Both the position numbers and the translations under genes were made by a program. From a virus (taxonomy: Duplodnaviria > Heunggongvirae > Uroviricota > Caudoviricetes), in the IMG/VR virus record IMGVR_UViG_3300045988_065712: a stretch of DNA of 21,739 nucleotides; one strand, 5' to 3'. This document shows, one piece after another, positions 7,858 through 16,513 of this stretch (its first letter is position 1; each line of letters begins with the position of its first letter). Under the pieces are notes generated by a model. The model was not told the DNA's origin and searched no databases. It saw nothing but the letters and a program-made list of their open reading frames with translations.

Positions 7858-8226
7858 CTAAAGTTCCGGGATGACAGGCCAGTTAACATGCTCAGGGTCG
7901 GTTGTTACATCAACAGCCTTAACCTGATTCTTATATAAAAGCCACGCCGAAAGTTTAGCTCTGTTGGCATCGCTGATTTCACCCAGCATCAGCTCTGTGC
8001 GCCAGTCGAGCATAATTGCATCAGCGGCGGACAGTAATCGCTGTCGCTCATTTTCAGCAGCCTGGATGAGTTGTTCATGAGTCGGTGGGGGATTAATAAT
8101 TGCCATAGCCTCACTTCTGGTGATTGGCACAAGCCCTTCTTTGATAAAAGCATCCTGTGTGCCATACGCATCGTAGGCATATACGACGTTATTTTCATCT
8201 TTGTAATACTTCATCATTGTTATCAT
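7858..8226 (-). CDS. G: Tail fibre assembly chaperone (P2 gpG/Tfa-like function), 122 aa
   Basis: 122-aa ORF immediately downstream of the tail-fibre gene, with ATGA start/stop overlap with H. C-terminal ...HVNWPVIPEL is typical of Tfa chaperones. Shorter than, and unlike, P2 G as recalled. Confidence 0.8.
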   Translation of the reverse strand: MITMMKYYKDENNVVYAYDAYGTQDAFIKEGLVPITRSEAMAIINPPPTHEQLIQAAENERQRLLSAADAIMLDWRTELMLGEISDANRAKLSAWLLYKNQVKAVDVTTDPEHVNWPVIPEL

Positions 8227-9740
8227 TTTTTATCCACCTCTACCCAGGTAACATCTGACACTGTTCCTGAAAACTGCTGCACAATATAGGTCGCACCGGC
8301 AGGAACCATGAATGCGATAGTTGCTCTTTGCCCTGCAAGATTTGTTGTCTGAGAGCCGCGAAAATTAGCCGAATTACCATCCACATTAACGTTGGCGCTC
8401 AGAAATGAACTACCGTCAGACAGCACCGCATTGACGCTTACAAATATGGCGAAAGACTGGCTGTTGGTGTATACGACACCGAGATTTCTAGATTTCATTC
8501 CGCATTGACCAAACAACCCTTTCATATCTGAATAGTTTTGTGATGCAGCAAGTGATGATGCAGCAACACCAGATTCTGTTGATGTTCTGGAATCAGATAC
8601 GCGGATAATTCCCTTGTTTGTAGTGGTTGCATCATTAGTCTTGCCTTGCAGAGCTACAATATCCGCATAATTCATCGCTGCCGCTTTTGCTGTTGCAGCA
8701 AGCGTTTCAGATTCGGATACCCTTGATGATGTAAGTTGAACAATTCCTTTCTGTGTCGTAGTTGAATCCTGAGTTTTGTTTTGCAAAGATTTTATGTCCG
8801 TATAGTTTTGCGCGACAGCATTAGCTGTGGCTGCAATATCCTCTGCACCCGATACCCGCGATGAGGTTAACCGGACTAAACCCACCTGTGTTGTTGATGC
8901 GTCTTTAATACCAAGGTATGCAAGAAGACCGGCAACATCCTTCCCACTCAAATGAGTCAGCGTCTCATCCAGTGGCTGCTTACCTGACAGCGCATTGTTA
9001 ATGGTGGTACTGAATTTCGGGTCATTGTTAATGGCTGCGGCAATTTCTTTCAGTGTGTCCAGCGTGGCTGGCGCACCGTTAATCAGAGCGGTAATAGCGG
9101 CCTGAACAAACTCAGTGGTCGCAATCCGCGTGGTGTTATTTCCTGCGGCAGGCGTCGGCGCTTTTGGTTCTCCGGTAAATGTCGGATTATGTTTCTGTGC
9201 ATACTGGGTATGAGGATCCTGTGCGGCAATGTGGTTTCTCATCTGGTCATCCACATACAGCCTTAATTCCAGGACTTCATCATCCACGTATTTACGGGTC
9301 GCCAGTACCACCGACGGGTCGATTTTCAGCGTGATAGCTTCGGTATTCGTGACAACCAGAATCATGCGGATAGTCTGGGTACGACCGCTGCCTTCCTGCA
9401 ACTGCGGTTTGTACGTTTCCGGGCAGTTCGCCACCGCAATGAGTACGCCTTCATCATCATAAAGCCCAATCTCACGGATCCAGAATCCGCCCTCGTTCTC
9501 AGGGATGATTTGCTCCGCAATAATCTGGCTCTGGTTGTTCGGGTCAACACTCAGAAGATTCAGCGGCGCGATGCGTTTCTGGTTAATCAGTTTTGTCTGT
9601 GCCGGGTCTGGTGTCGGCAAGACACCATTCGCATCACCAACTGCCATTTGCGTCAGATTCAGCTTACTGCCGAGCATCGTCGCGTTAGCCAGCCGTGCTG
9701 CGCCCTGATTAGTCAGAATGGCGTAGTATTTCACTGTCAT
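8223..9740 (-). CDS. H: Tail fibre protein (P2 gpH-like N-terminus, divergent C-terminal half), 505 aa
   Basis: N-terminal region (AVGDANGVLPTP..., GGFWIREIGLYDDEGVLIAVANCPETYKPQLQEGSGRTQTIRMILVV) resembles the conserved baseplate-attachment domain of P2 H. Central triple repeat and a distinct C-terminal domain. Positioned between I and G. Confidence 0.88.
   Translation of the reverse strand: MTVKYYAILTNQGAARLANATMLGSKLNLTQMAVGDANGVLPTPDPAQTKLINQKRIAPLNLLSVDPNNQSQIIAEQIIPENEGGFWIREIGLYDDEGVLIAVANCPETYKPQLQEGSGRTQTIRMILVVTNTEAITLKIDPSVVLATRKYVDDEVLELRLYVDDQMRNHIAAQDPHTQYAQKHNPTFTGEPKAPTPAAGNNTTRIATTEFVQAAITALINGAPATLDTLKEIAAAINNDPKFSTTINNALSGKQPLDETLTHLSGKDVAGLLAYLGIKDASTTQVGLVRLTSSRVSGAEDIAATANAVAQNYTDIKSLQNKTQDSTTTQKGIVQLTSSRVSESETLAATAKAAAMNYADIVALQGKTNDATTTNKGIIRVSDSRTSTESGVAASSLAASQNYSDMKGLFGQCGMKSRNLGVVYTNSQSFAIFVSVNAVLSDGSSFLSANVNVDGNSANFRGSQTTNLAGQRATIAFMVPAGATYIVQQFSGTVSDVTWVEVDKK
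8511..8900 (-). repeat. Three tandem copies of a roughly 45-codon (135-bp) repeat inside the tail-fibre shaft of H
   Basis: Protein residues about 281-410: ASTTQVGLVRLTSSRVSGAEDIAATANAVAQNYTDIKSLQNKTQD / STTTQKGIVQLTSSRVSESETLAATAKAAAMNYADIVALQGKTND / ATTTNKGIIRVSDSRTSTESGVAASSLAASQNYSDMKGLFGQ. The DNA-level periodicity is visible. Confidence 0.65.
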
Positions 9741-10348
9741 GCGTTTACTCTCAGGTTATCAATTAAATGAATGGCCGAGGCCGGGAAATAATCCCCTCCG
9801 ACAATAATGGCCTCCGGGGTGTAGGGATAAACCGTCAGGGCGTCGCCGTGATAGCATCCTGCACCGGCAAAAATGTTGCCGGTTGTACTTAAACTGATAG
9901 CCAGTCCCGTCAGATGGCGGCTTGCAGGTTTTGCATCAGCAACGAGACGCTCCAGCTCCTGATACATTTCCTCGGTAATACCCTGCTCAAGCACGCCAAC
10001 AACGATGCGGAACGTCCCCGGCTCCTCGTTGAGCTGCCACCACTCCCTCACCTCAATCAGATAGCCGAGCGGCTCCACCACACGGCGAATCGCACCAATA
10101 GTGCCCTTATGGCAGTGAATGAAATACGCATCGCGGATAACAGCGCGTTTTGTCGCTTCCGGCCACTTATCATCCCAGCGGTCAACCGAAAATGACCACG
10201 CCAGCCACGGCAGCAGATTTGCCGGACAGGTATCCGGGTTCCACAGCTCACGAATACTGACCGGCGTTTTTTCAATTTCCGCACAGGCTCTTGCGGCGGC
10301 GACTTCAAGCGGTGATGAGCCGGTCGGCAGCAGTCGCGAATCACTCAT
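9737..10348 (-). CDS. I: Baseplate protein (P2 gpI-like), 203 aa
   Basis: ORF between J and H with 4-nt overlap with H. Resembles the P2 gpI N-terminus as recalled. Longer than the 176 aa of P2 I. Confidence 0.85.
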   Translation of the reverse strand: MSDSRLLPTGSSPLEVAAARACAEIEKTPVSIRELWNPDTCPANLLPWLAWSFSVDRWDDKWPEATKRAVIRDAYFIHCHKGTIGAIRRVVEPLGYLIEVREWWQLNEEPGTFRIVVGVLEQGITEEMYQELERLVADAKPASRHLTGLAISLSTTGNIFAGAGCYHGDALTVYPYTPEAIIVGGDYFPASAIHLIDNLRVNA

Positions 10349-11249
10349 CCGAGCCTCCGGTCACAACGCGGTATTCGGTACAGAAAGACGCCTGCGTATT
10401 GTTGAGCACGATGTCGGCCAGTGGTGCAGCCAGTTCGACACGCTGCACACCTTCCACATGCAAAGCGGCATAAATGGCAGACAGACGGATGTCGCGCCCC
10501 AGCCGGTGCTGTGCCGTGATATACGTTTCCAGTTTTTTCACGGCGGCAGCGCGAATGGGTTCGCTTTCGGGACCAGGGTAAAGGTAAAGCGTGGCGTTTA
10601 TCTGGTATTCAACAATGGCGGCAGACTGCACGGTCACGCGGTCGGCCACCGGCCTGACGTCCTCACCATTAAGGGCGTTACGCACCACGGCCAGCAGGTC
10701 TTCGGATGCGACGCCGTTATTTTCACGTGACAGCACGGAGATGGTGACGCAGGCCGGAGACGGACTGGTGACAGAGATATCCGCGACACGCCCGTCGGCA
10801 CTGCGACCATGATACTGATAGGCTCCCACCGACCCGGCGACGCTTAAGCCCTCAAAAGCCTGCTGAATACGCAGACGATAATCTGTGTCAGATTCCATCA
10901 CTGCCGGTGTCGGCGGAATGGTCGAATCATCTGCCGGGGTGATAATCAGGCGCGTGGTGTTGTAATTGGCACCAATTACATCAAGGTCATTACCGGCAGC
11001 ACAGGCCAGCATCACCGCCCGTGCGGCCTCATTCACACGCTGACGCCAGATAAGCTCACGATAAGCATTTTCCTCCAGCAGTTTGACAAGAGGCTCAGAT
11101 TCCAGCGTCAGGGTACGGGCGACCGCCTCCTGCTGGTCTTCCGGGTAAAGGGAAATCAGTGTCGCCTTGCGTTCGGCAAGAATGGTTTCAAAGTCCAGCT
11201 CCTCGACCACATCCGGTGCGGGTAGCTGGTTCAGGTCGATAATCTGCAT
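10341..11249 (-). CDS. J: Baseplate protein (P2 gpJ-like, gp6-like wedge), 302 aa
   Basis: 302-aa ORF, same length as P2 gpJ, between W and I with overlapping stop/start. Confidence 0.9.
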   Translation of the reverse strand: MQIIDLNQLPAPDVVEELDFETILAERKATLISLYPEDQQEAVARTLTLESEPLVKLLEENAYRELIWRQRVNEAARAVMLACAAGNDLDVIGANYNTTRLIITPADDSTIPPTPAVMESDTDYRLRIQQAFEGLSVAGSVGAYQYHGRSADGRVADISVTSPSPACVTISVLSRENNGVASEDLLAVVRNALNGEDVRPVADRVTVQSAAIVEYQINATLYLYPGPESEPIRAAAVKKLETYITAQHRLGRDIRLSAIYAALHVEGVQRVELAAPLADIVLNNTQASFCTEYRVVTGGSDE

Positions 11250-11253
11250 GGTT

Positions 11254-11601
11254 TCAACTCACAGGGATGGTTAACGAAAGTGGCTGGCCGGTCTCGTTGT
11301 GCTGGCCGGTTAACGTGACCGTCATTCGCCCGTCAAAACTGCGCTCAGTGGTGACGGATGACAGGGTGACGCGGGGTTCCCATTTCAGCACCGCCATGTA
11401 ACAGGCGACCTTAATCTGCAACTCAAGCGCCGGGGTCTGCGGCTGGTCAATCATTGACGCCAGCAACGAGCCGTAATCACGACGCATCACCCGTGAGCCG
11501 ACCGGTGTGCGCAGGATATCGCCGATACTCTGGCTGATATGCTCAAGGTCAGTGACAGTCAGGCCATCACTGCGATTCATTCCGAGATAACGCGCTGTCA
11601 T
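11254..11601 (-). CDS. W: Baseplate wedge protein (P2 gpW-like, gp25-like), 115 aa
   Basis: 115-aa ORF, same length as P2 gpW, between V and J. Confidence 0.9.
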   Translation of the reverse strand: MTARYLGMNRSDGLTVTDLEHISQSIGDILRTPVGSRVMRRDYGSLLASMIDQPQTPALELQIKVACYMAVLKWEPRVTLSSVTTERSFDGRMTVTLTGQHNETGQPLSLTIPVS

Positions 11602-12233
11602 AGAGGGCTCCCGGTTGTGCCGCCGCTGTCGCCGGGGTGTTTATGGGTATGCAGTACCTTACCGTTTGATGAGAGTTCACCGCCGGTGTGTTCAATGTTG
11701 CCGCGCATCGTCCCGCCCTTCTGTACTTCCAGCGTGCCGGTAATCAGCCTGTTGGTGCAGACCACCTCCGGTGTGTCCAGGGTGACGCGGGTTGATGCTT
11801 TCACCATGACCACCGGCACCGTGGCGGTAACAGAATCAGAAGCCGTCACGCTGGCCGTTTTAATTCCGCTTACCGTGAGTGCACTGGTTTCGGGTTCATA
11901 CTCAATCACCGCCCCGTCAGGGAAACGGATATGCAGGGCATCCGCCGACGCAGACGGCGCGGGGTTATCGCCGGAATAAATCCCCGGCAGAACAAACGCC
12001 GTGTCAAGTTCACCGCCCACGGCCAGAATCAGCACCTGCTCCCCCACGGAAGGTGCCCACCATGTGCGCGAACGCCCGGCACGACAGGTCAGCCACTGAA
12101 GCCAGTCGGTGCACATGCCGCCGGTCTGCACACGGCAGCGACCGGCTTTAAGGTTGGTTTCGACGACAAGGCCGGTGCGGATCATGTTGCGCAGTGCGCG
12201 CGCGAGTTCCTGGATATTTGCGAGAGTGTTCAT
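11598..12233 (-). CDS. V: Baseplate spike / central plug protein (P2 gpV-like), 211 aa
   Basis: 211-aa ORF, same length as P2 gpV, first gene of the V-W-J-I-H-G block. C-terminal Gly/His-rich tip (HTHKHPGDSGGTTGSPL). Confidence 0.9.
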   Translation of the reverse strand: MNTLANIQELARALRNMIRTGLVVETNLKAGRCRVQTGGMCTDWLQWLTCRAGRSRTWWAPSVGEQVLILAVGGELDTAFVLPGIYSGDNPAPSASADALHIRFPDGAVIEYEPETSALTVSGIKTASVTASDSVTATVPVVMVKASTRVTLDTPEVVCTNRLITGTLEVQKGGTMRGNIEHTGGELSSNGKVLHTHKHPGDSGGTTGSPL

Positions 12234-12244
12234 AACGGGAAGGA

Positions 12245-12266
12245 TGCCGCCGGGTCATACCGGCGG
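12245..12266 (-). other. GC-rich hairpin in the S-V intergenic region (8-bp stem gccgccgg/ccggcggc, 6-nt loop); possible operon boundary element
   Basis: Inverted repeat read directly from the sequence between the S stop (12300) and V start (12233). No U-tract follows on the minus strand, so an intrinsic terminator is not supported. The P2 late promoter for V would be expected in this interval. Confidence 0.3.
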
Positions 12267-12299
12267 CAATGTAACGATGAGGTGTCGGGAATGGCACAA

Positions 12300-12752
12300 C
12301 TAACGGTCGAGGTGAGCCAGGATAATCTCTTCAATCATCTGCACATCCTCACCGGTAAAGCCGAGCAGAGGACGCGCCGGATAATCAATTTTCTTACCGT
12401 CTTTCCGGGTTTCTTCCGACAGACCGAACTGATGCACACTGGCTATTTTCGGTGACTTCCCGCCGTAAAACTCCATTGATGCCTGTTCAGGGCTGGCGCG
12501 GATATGCAAAAAACGACTGGTGATAAGTTTCGCAAACATTTTTCGCTTAACGCGACCGGTCTTTTTTCTGGCGCTCTGCTGCTGGCGTGGTGCGTAGGGT
12601 GTGCCGTCCGGGGCTTTCTGTGCCATCACCCGGCGCTGCTGACTCTGCCGCAGACGTTTCGCCAGTTCGGCGCTCAGTCGCCGACGCCCTGACGGTGACA
12701 GCGATTCAATAAGTCCGGTCAGCCGGTCTTCAAAACGCTTAAACTCATTCAT
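12300..12752 (-). CDS. S: Tail completion protein (P2 gpS-like), 150 aa
   Basis: 150-aa ORF, same length as P2 gpS, after R. Confidence 0.9.
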   Translation of the reverse strand: MNEFKRFEDRLTGLIESLSPSGRRRLSAELAKRLRQSQQRRVMAQKAPDGTPYAPRQQQSARKKTGRVKRKMFAKLITSRFLHIRASPEQASMEFYGGKSPKIASVHQFGLSEETRKDGKKIDYPARPLLGFTGEDVQMIEEIILAHLDR

Positions 12753-13212
12753 CCCACTTGCTCACCAGTTCGCCATTGATATAAAGCTCCACCGGGCGGG
12801 TGACCGGCTCCGGCGGCGGAGGTTCCGGGATATTCTTCACATGCAGTGCGCCGTCCACCTCACTGACCAGCGTTCGCTCGGTCAGCATCAGGCTGATGCT
12901 GATATCAAAGCTGCTGTCATTGTTGATGTCTGCATAAAACGTGAAGCCCTTTTTCTGACCTGCGTCGGTGGTCATGATGTCGGGCTGATTTTCCCGCAGC
13001 CACGCCAGCACCGGCACGATGAGCAGGTCAAAATCACCGGTAAAGTCGGTCACAATGACATTGAGCGTGTAACGCTTTTCAAATGACAGCGACGTCGCCA
13101 GTGTGGAGGCAATACTCCCGTTATCCACGAATATCCGCAGCATCTCGGGACTGGTTTTCAGCACCGTGACGGCATCAGTCAGCGCCCTGCGCAGGCTGTC
13201 GGGTTTGAGCAT
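12745..13212 (-). CDS. R: Tail completion protein (P2 gpR-like), 155 aa
   Basis: 155-aa ORF, same length as P2 gpR, between the lysis genes and S. Confidence 0.9.
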   Translation of the reverse strand: MLKPDSLRRALTDAVTVLKTSPEMLRIFVDNGSIASTLATSLSFEKRYTLNVIVTDFTGDFDLLIVPVLAWLRENQPDIMTTDAGQKKGFTFYADINNDSSFDISISLMLTERTLVSEVDGALHVKNIPEPPPPEPVTRPVELYINGELVSKWDE

Positions 13213-13465
13213 CGTTTTCGTCCTGACAGTGTTTAATCATTTTTACCTGGCTGGCACAGCGTGCCAGCGCGTTCTCAAGCTGCCGGATATCGGCACTTAA
13301 ATCACCGTTCGTCTCCGGGTCACTGCCCGGCATCGGGCAAAGGCTCACTTTCGGGCAGGCGTTGTGGACAATCACTGGCGTCAGTGCAGGCCGGGCGCTG
13401 GTGCAACCGGCGCACAGCATCAGGCAGGTCAGCGCCGTACCAGCGGCGAAAATCTTCGTTTTCAT
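13175..13465 (-). CDS. lysC: Outer-membrane lipoprotein spanin (Rz1-like; P2 LysC-like), 96 aa, embedded out of frame in the lysB/R overlap
   Basis: 96-aa ORF with signal peptide and lipobox (LMLCAGC-T), then a Pro-rich periplasmic segment. Lies within the 3' half of lysB in another frame and extends into the 5' end of R, the classic Rz/Rz1 architecture. Confidence 0.75.
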   Translation of the reverse strand: MKTKIFAAGTALTCLMLCAGCTSARPALTPVIVHNACPKVSLCPMPGSDPETNGDLSADIRQLENALARCASQVKMIKHCQDENDAQTRQPAQGAD

Positions 13466-13745
13466 TCAGTAACCTCGTGATGGTTTTCTCGCGCTGTGCT
13501 TCACGCTTCGCGGCGTTCTCCAGCTCCTGACGCAGTTCCACCTGCGCCAGCTCGTTTTTGTCTGCCCTGGTAAGGGCAACATGAAGCTGGTTTTTCAGCA
13601 TGGTGATGGTCGTCTGCTGCCCGCTGGCGACATTGTTTGCCCTGTCCAGCGAGACGCGCAGGCTGGCGTTTTCATGCTTCACCAGAAACAGTCCCGCCAC
13701 CGCCAGCGATAACAACACGACCAGCACAATCATCAGCTTTGACAT
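13320..13745 (-). CDS. lysB: Inner-membrane spanin (Rz-like; P2 LysB-like), 141 aa
   Basis: 141-aa ORF with N-terminal transmembrane segment (LMIVLVVLLSLAVAGLFLV) followed by a coiled-coil-like periplasmic domain. Position after lysA. Confidence 0.85.
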   Translation of the reverse strand: MSKLMIVLVVLLSLAVAGLFLVKHENASLRVSLDRANNVASGQQTTITMLKNQLHVALTRADKNELAQVELRQELENAAKREAQREKTITRLLNENEDFRRWYGADLPDAVRRLHQRPACTDASDCPQRLPESEPLPDAGQ

Positions 13746-14158
13746 GGTTCCCGCCCCTCAAAACGCTGACGACAGGCCGTACGTATCAGCCGGAATAACA
13801 GCGCCGCCACGAGATAAATCAGCGCGGTAAAAATCCACCCGGCAGCGACCAGCGAGATAAACGTCGCCACCATCACCACCAGACCCATCGCCCGTCTGCA
13901 CCACGGCACCGGCTGCAAATACAGCGACGTGACAATCTTCACGGCCAGCGATTCCGGCGGAAGCTCCCGCCCGTAGCGTTCAAGTACATACTCAGTGGCA
14001 TACACGCCGACACCACCGGCAACCACACAGATAACTGTCGCCAGAATCGCCCAGGCGGCGACAAAATTGACGGCCACGCTCTGCGGGTAAATCAGGGACA
14101 GTGCCAGCATCAGCGCCAGCGACACGTTCAGCATCAGTGAAAGGGATAATTTCTTCAT
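13733..14158 (-). CDS. lysA: Lysis timing / antiholin-like membrane protein (P2 LysA-like), 141 aa
   Basis: 141-aa ORF with multiple hydrophobic transmembrane segments, between K and lysB. Length matches P2 LysA. Confidence 0.8.
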   Translation of the reverse strand: MKKLSLSLMLNVSLALMLALSLIYPQSVAVNFVAAWAILATVICVVAGGVGVYATEYVLERYGRELPPESLAVKIVTSLYLQPVPWCRRAMGLVVMVATFISLVAAGWIFTALIYLVAALLFRLIRTACRQRFEGREPCQS

Positions 14159-14172
14159 GGTGTTTACTCCAT

Positions 14173-14670
14173 TTAAGCCGGTACGCCGCCAGCGGTACGC
14201 CAGACGGTGACCAGTTTTTCCAGTGAATGCTCACGCTGACCGTAACCGGCTCCTGGCAGGGACGCCCAGATATTGCGACAGCGTGAAATGGCGCGCTCAA
14301 TGCGTCCCGCCCGGATGTCATCCAGTGCACCGCGTTCGCGGATCAACTGAATGGCAAGTCTGTCCTGTGACAACGGACTGAAATCCGGCAGGGCAAGCTG
14401 TTTGCGGTAGTGCGGCCAGAACAGGTAAAGCTGCTGATAGCGACCGGAAGCCGTGGATTTTTCACCGCGACGGTTAAACACCTTCGCCGGTCGGCCATGC
14501 GCGAACGGGTGGTCACTGTAGTCGGTGAATATTTCCGGCTTTCCGTCCAGTCCGGTGACTATCACGTCATAGCCCCGGTTTTTCGTCAGCGGGTGATTCG
14601 CCGTCCCTTCGGACACCGCCAGCATGTCGAGAAAGGCGGCGATATTCTGATGCGTGTTAATTACCGGCAT
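14173..14670 (-). CDS. K: Endolysin (P2 gpK-like lysozyme/transglycosylase), 165 aa
   Basis: 165-aa ORF directly downstream of the holin. Length and position match P2 gpK. Confidence 0.88.
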   Translation of the reverse strand: MPVINTHQNIAAFLDMLAVSEGTANHPLTKNRGYDVIVTGLDGKPEIFTDYSDHPFAHGRPAKVFNRRGEKSTASGRYQQLYLFWPHYRKQLALPDFSPLSQDRLAIQLIRERGALDDIRAGRIERAISRCRNIWASLPGAGYGQREHSLEKLVTVWRTAGGVPA

Positions 14671-14951
14671 TACGGTTTCCCCCTGCCCTTAAAGCGGCGC
14701 TGAATGGCAATCTCAATCACCTGATAACCGGCGATACCCAGCATGGAGCCGATGCCGCACACCGCAGGCAGTGACAGGTCAGGAAACTGCACCAGAACAA
14801 CACCGGCAACCATCGAAACAAAACCACCGAGCAACATGCGCCCGATAAACAGACGCGGGGTGATGGGTTCACCACCGGCAAGCACCTTGCCGACAACAAT
14901 CAGCACCCCAATCATGAAAAGCGACAGGACGCTTTTTTCTTCTGCTGTCAT
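14670..14951 (-). CDS. Y: Holin (P2 gpY-like), 93 aa
   Basis: 93-aa ORF with hydrophobic transmembrane segments and a charged C-terminus (RRFKGRGKP), immediately upstream of the endolysin. Confidence 0.85.
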   Translation of the reverse strand: MTAEEKSVLSLFMIGVLIVVGKVLAGGEPITPRLFIGRMLLGGFVSMVAGVVLVQFPDLSLPAVCGIGSMLGIAGYQVIEIAIQRRFKGRGKP

Positions 14952-14954
14952 GCG

Positions 14955-15158
14955 TTACTCCCACAGATTGACAGTTTCAGCCACGGGCGCGGTCTGAACG
15001 TCGGGCAGTTCGACGGCGGTGCCGTGTGGCAGCACCGCACCCAGTTCAGCCAGTCCCGGATTTGCGGCGAGCACGGTCTCAACCACGCCCTCAGTGCGCC
15101 CGTAATACCGGACACAAATGGCGTCGAGCGTGTCGCCCTGTAGCGCAAAGGTCTTCAT
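14955..15158 (-). CDS. X: Tail protein X (P2 gpX-like, LysM-like), 67 aa
   Basis: Track ORF 14955..15227 trimmed to the internal Met (MKTFALQGDTLDAICVRYYGRT...) giving 67 aa, the P2 gpX length. Start overlaps the L stop by 1 nt (TGATG on minus strand), checked on the sequence. Confidence 0.82.
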   Translation of the reverse strand: MKTFALQGDTLDAICVRYYGRTEGVVETVLAANPGLAELGAVLPHGTAVELPDVQTAPVAETVNLWE

Positions 15159-15667
15159 CAGATTTGACTCACGATGCAGCGCGGCTTGTCCTGGATACGC
15201 GCCACCGCCCAGCGCATATCCCGCCACAGTTCATCAATGGTGCTGTCAATGCTGTCAGCCTTCTTGTCGCCTTTCGCACTGGCATCCACGCCGCGATAAC
15301 GCTCATAAAGCGACGCGGTCGCCATCGCGCACACGGCGCGCTCGTAGTAAAAAACTCTGATGCTTTCACCGTCGATGTCGTCCGCCGGGACGTCCGCCAG
15401 ACGCGTAAAACCGGCGGCAATTTTCTGTTCGCGGTACTCGTACAGCTCCGCATTCGTCTCCGCCATGCCTGACTTGATGGCCTCACGCAGACGGGCGGGG
15501 GCGACGGTCTGCTCAAGGCGCATACGTTCCCGGACGCGCTTCGGGTCGATATCGGGAAAAAAGAACGTGTTTTTAATCACCGGCTCGTCGCCTGCCGGTT
15601 GCGGGATGACCACCGTACCCTCACCGGACACGGGAGCCTCCTTTCGCGGAATAATCAGCGTCATCAT
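15158..15667 (-). CDS. L: Capsid completion / head completion protein (P2 gpL-like), 169 aa
   Basis: Track ORF 15158..15727 trimmed to MMTLIIPRKEAPVSGEG... (169 aa, the P2 gpL length). Purine-rich Shine-Dalgarno region upstream of 15667. Confidence 0.85.
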   Translation of the reverse strand: MMTLIIPRKEAPVSGEGTVVIPQPAGDEPVIKNTFFFPDIDPKRVRERMRLEQTVAPARLREAIKSGMAETNAELYEYREQKIAAGFTRLADVPADDIDGESIRVFYYERAVCAMATASLYERYRGVDASAKGDKKADSIDSTIDELWRDMRWAVARIQDKPRCIVSQI

Positions 15668-15766
15668 GACTACCTCTGAAAAGTCGGGCGGTGGACGCCG
15701 GTACAGCGTCAGGTGATTCACCCTCACTGACCGGCGTGCCGCCCTGGCGCGGGGCGCATTCGGTTG

Positions 15767-16510
15767 TTAACTGGCTTTCTTTTTCGGGCGTCCACGTTTT
15801 GCCGGTGTCACGCTCCGGCTCTTACGCGGGGTACGGGTGGCCGCTTTGGGCTGCGGCTCCGGCTTCGGTTTCAGCTCCCGCTCCAGTCGTTCAATCTCTT
15901 TTTTGACACCTGCCTGACAGTCGAGCTGTGTCGCACGTTGCAGGTGAGCCAGCGCACCGGCGGCATCACCACCATCACGCAGAAACAGACCTGTGATTTT
16001 GTGCAGCTTTGCGCGCACTTCATCAGGCATGTCAGCCGTGGCGGTCAGTTCAAGGGTCTCCGTCAGCAGGCGGGTATCCACAGACTCACCGGCAGCGTGA
16101 GCACGCATGGCCGCGAGCGCCACCTCCTCGGTGAACATGTACGGCGGGGTGCGGCGGTGTTTACCCGGCATGGTCAGACCGTACTTCAGGGCATAACGGG
16201 CAATCTCCAGCGCACCGGCAATATCGCCGGTATCCAGACGCCACAGCATGACCGTCATCAGAATGTCATCCTGTGCGCCTTTGCCCTGCTCCAGCACGCC
16301 GTTCACCCACGGCAACCAGAACGGCAGCAGTTCGCGTTTTTTCGCGGCCTTAAGCTCTTTTGAATAAATCGCTTTCAGTGTGCGCTGGTCTGCGGCCAGC
16401 TTGACCAGCATCTGCTCATAGACAGTTGCATGTCGCAGCGGGGCGGCTTCCCGCTGCGCGGTCATCGCTGCCGAGACCCGCATCATGTGGCGCTGTGCGG
16501 GACTCGTCAT
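15767..16510 (-). CDS. M: Terminase small subunit (P2 gpM-like), 247 aa
   Basis: 247-aa ORF, same length as P2 gpM, with basic C-terminal tail (RTPRKSRSVTPAKRGRPKKKAS). Follows the major capsid gene. Confidence 0.9.
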   Translation of the reverse strand: MTSPAQRHMMRVSAAMTAQREAAPLRHATVYEQMLVKLAADQRTLKAIYSKELKAAKKRELLPFWLPWVNGVLEQGKGAQDDILMTVMLWRLDTGDIAGALEIARYALKYGLTMPGKHRRTPPYMFTEEVALAAMRAHAAGESVDTRLLTETLELTATADMPDEVRAKLHKITGLFLRDGGDAAGALAHLQRATQLDCQAGVKKEIERLERELKPKPEPQPKAATRTPRKSRSVTPAKRGRPKKKAS

Positions 16511-16513
16511 CGG

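Noticed and set aside
8386-8399. AACGTT-containing segment in H, which would give an in-frame N-V fusion with the cassette
   Set aside because: Only the 6-bp palindrome plus two flanking bases match, and flanking half-sites are unrelated. A hexamer palindrome is expected by chance in 1.5 kb.
8503-8525. Possible inverted partner crossover site inside H (minus strand atgaaagggttgtttgg resembles ataaacgttggtttgg)
   Set aside because: Similarity needs indels, and a crossover here would not keep the H and cassette reading frames in register. Left as unconfirmed, not annotated.
11931-12455. 174-codon plus-strand ORF spanning the V/S junction
   Set aside because: Arg-rich low-complexity product overlapping two conserved minus-strand genes. 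No supporting signals.
15158-15727. Longer starts offered by the ORF track for L (189 aa), X (90 aa), O (306 aa), P (from 18644) and the invertase (from 7260)
   Set aside because: Internal Met codons give products of 169, 67, 284 and 590 aa, the P2 lengths as recalled, with better ribosome-binding context. The upstream extensions are treated as read-through of open frame.
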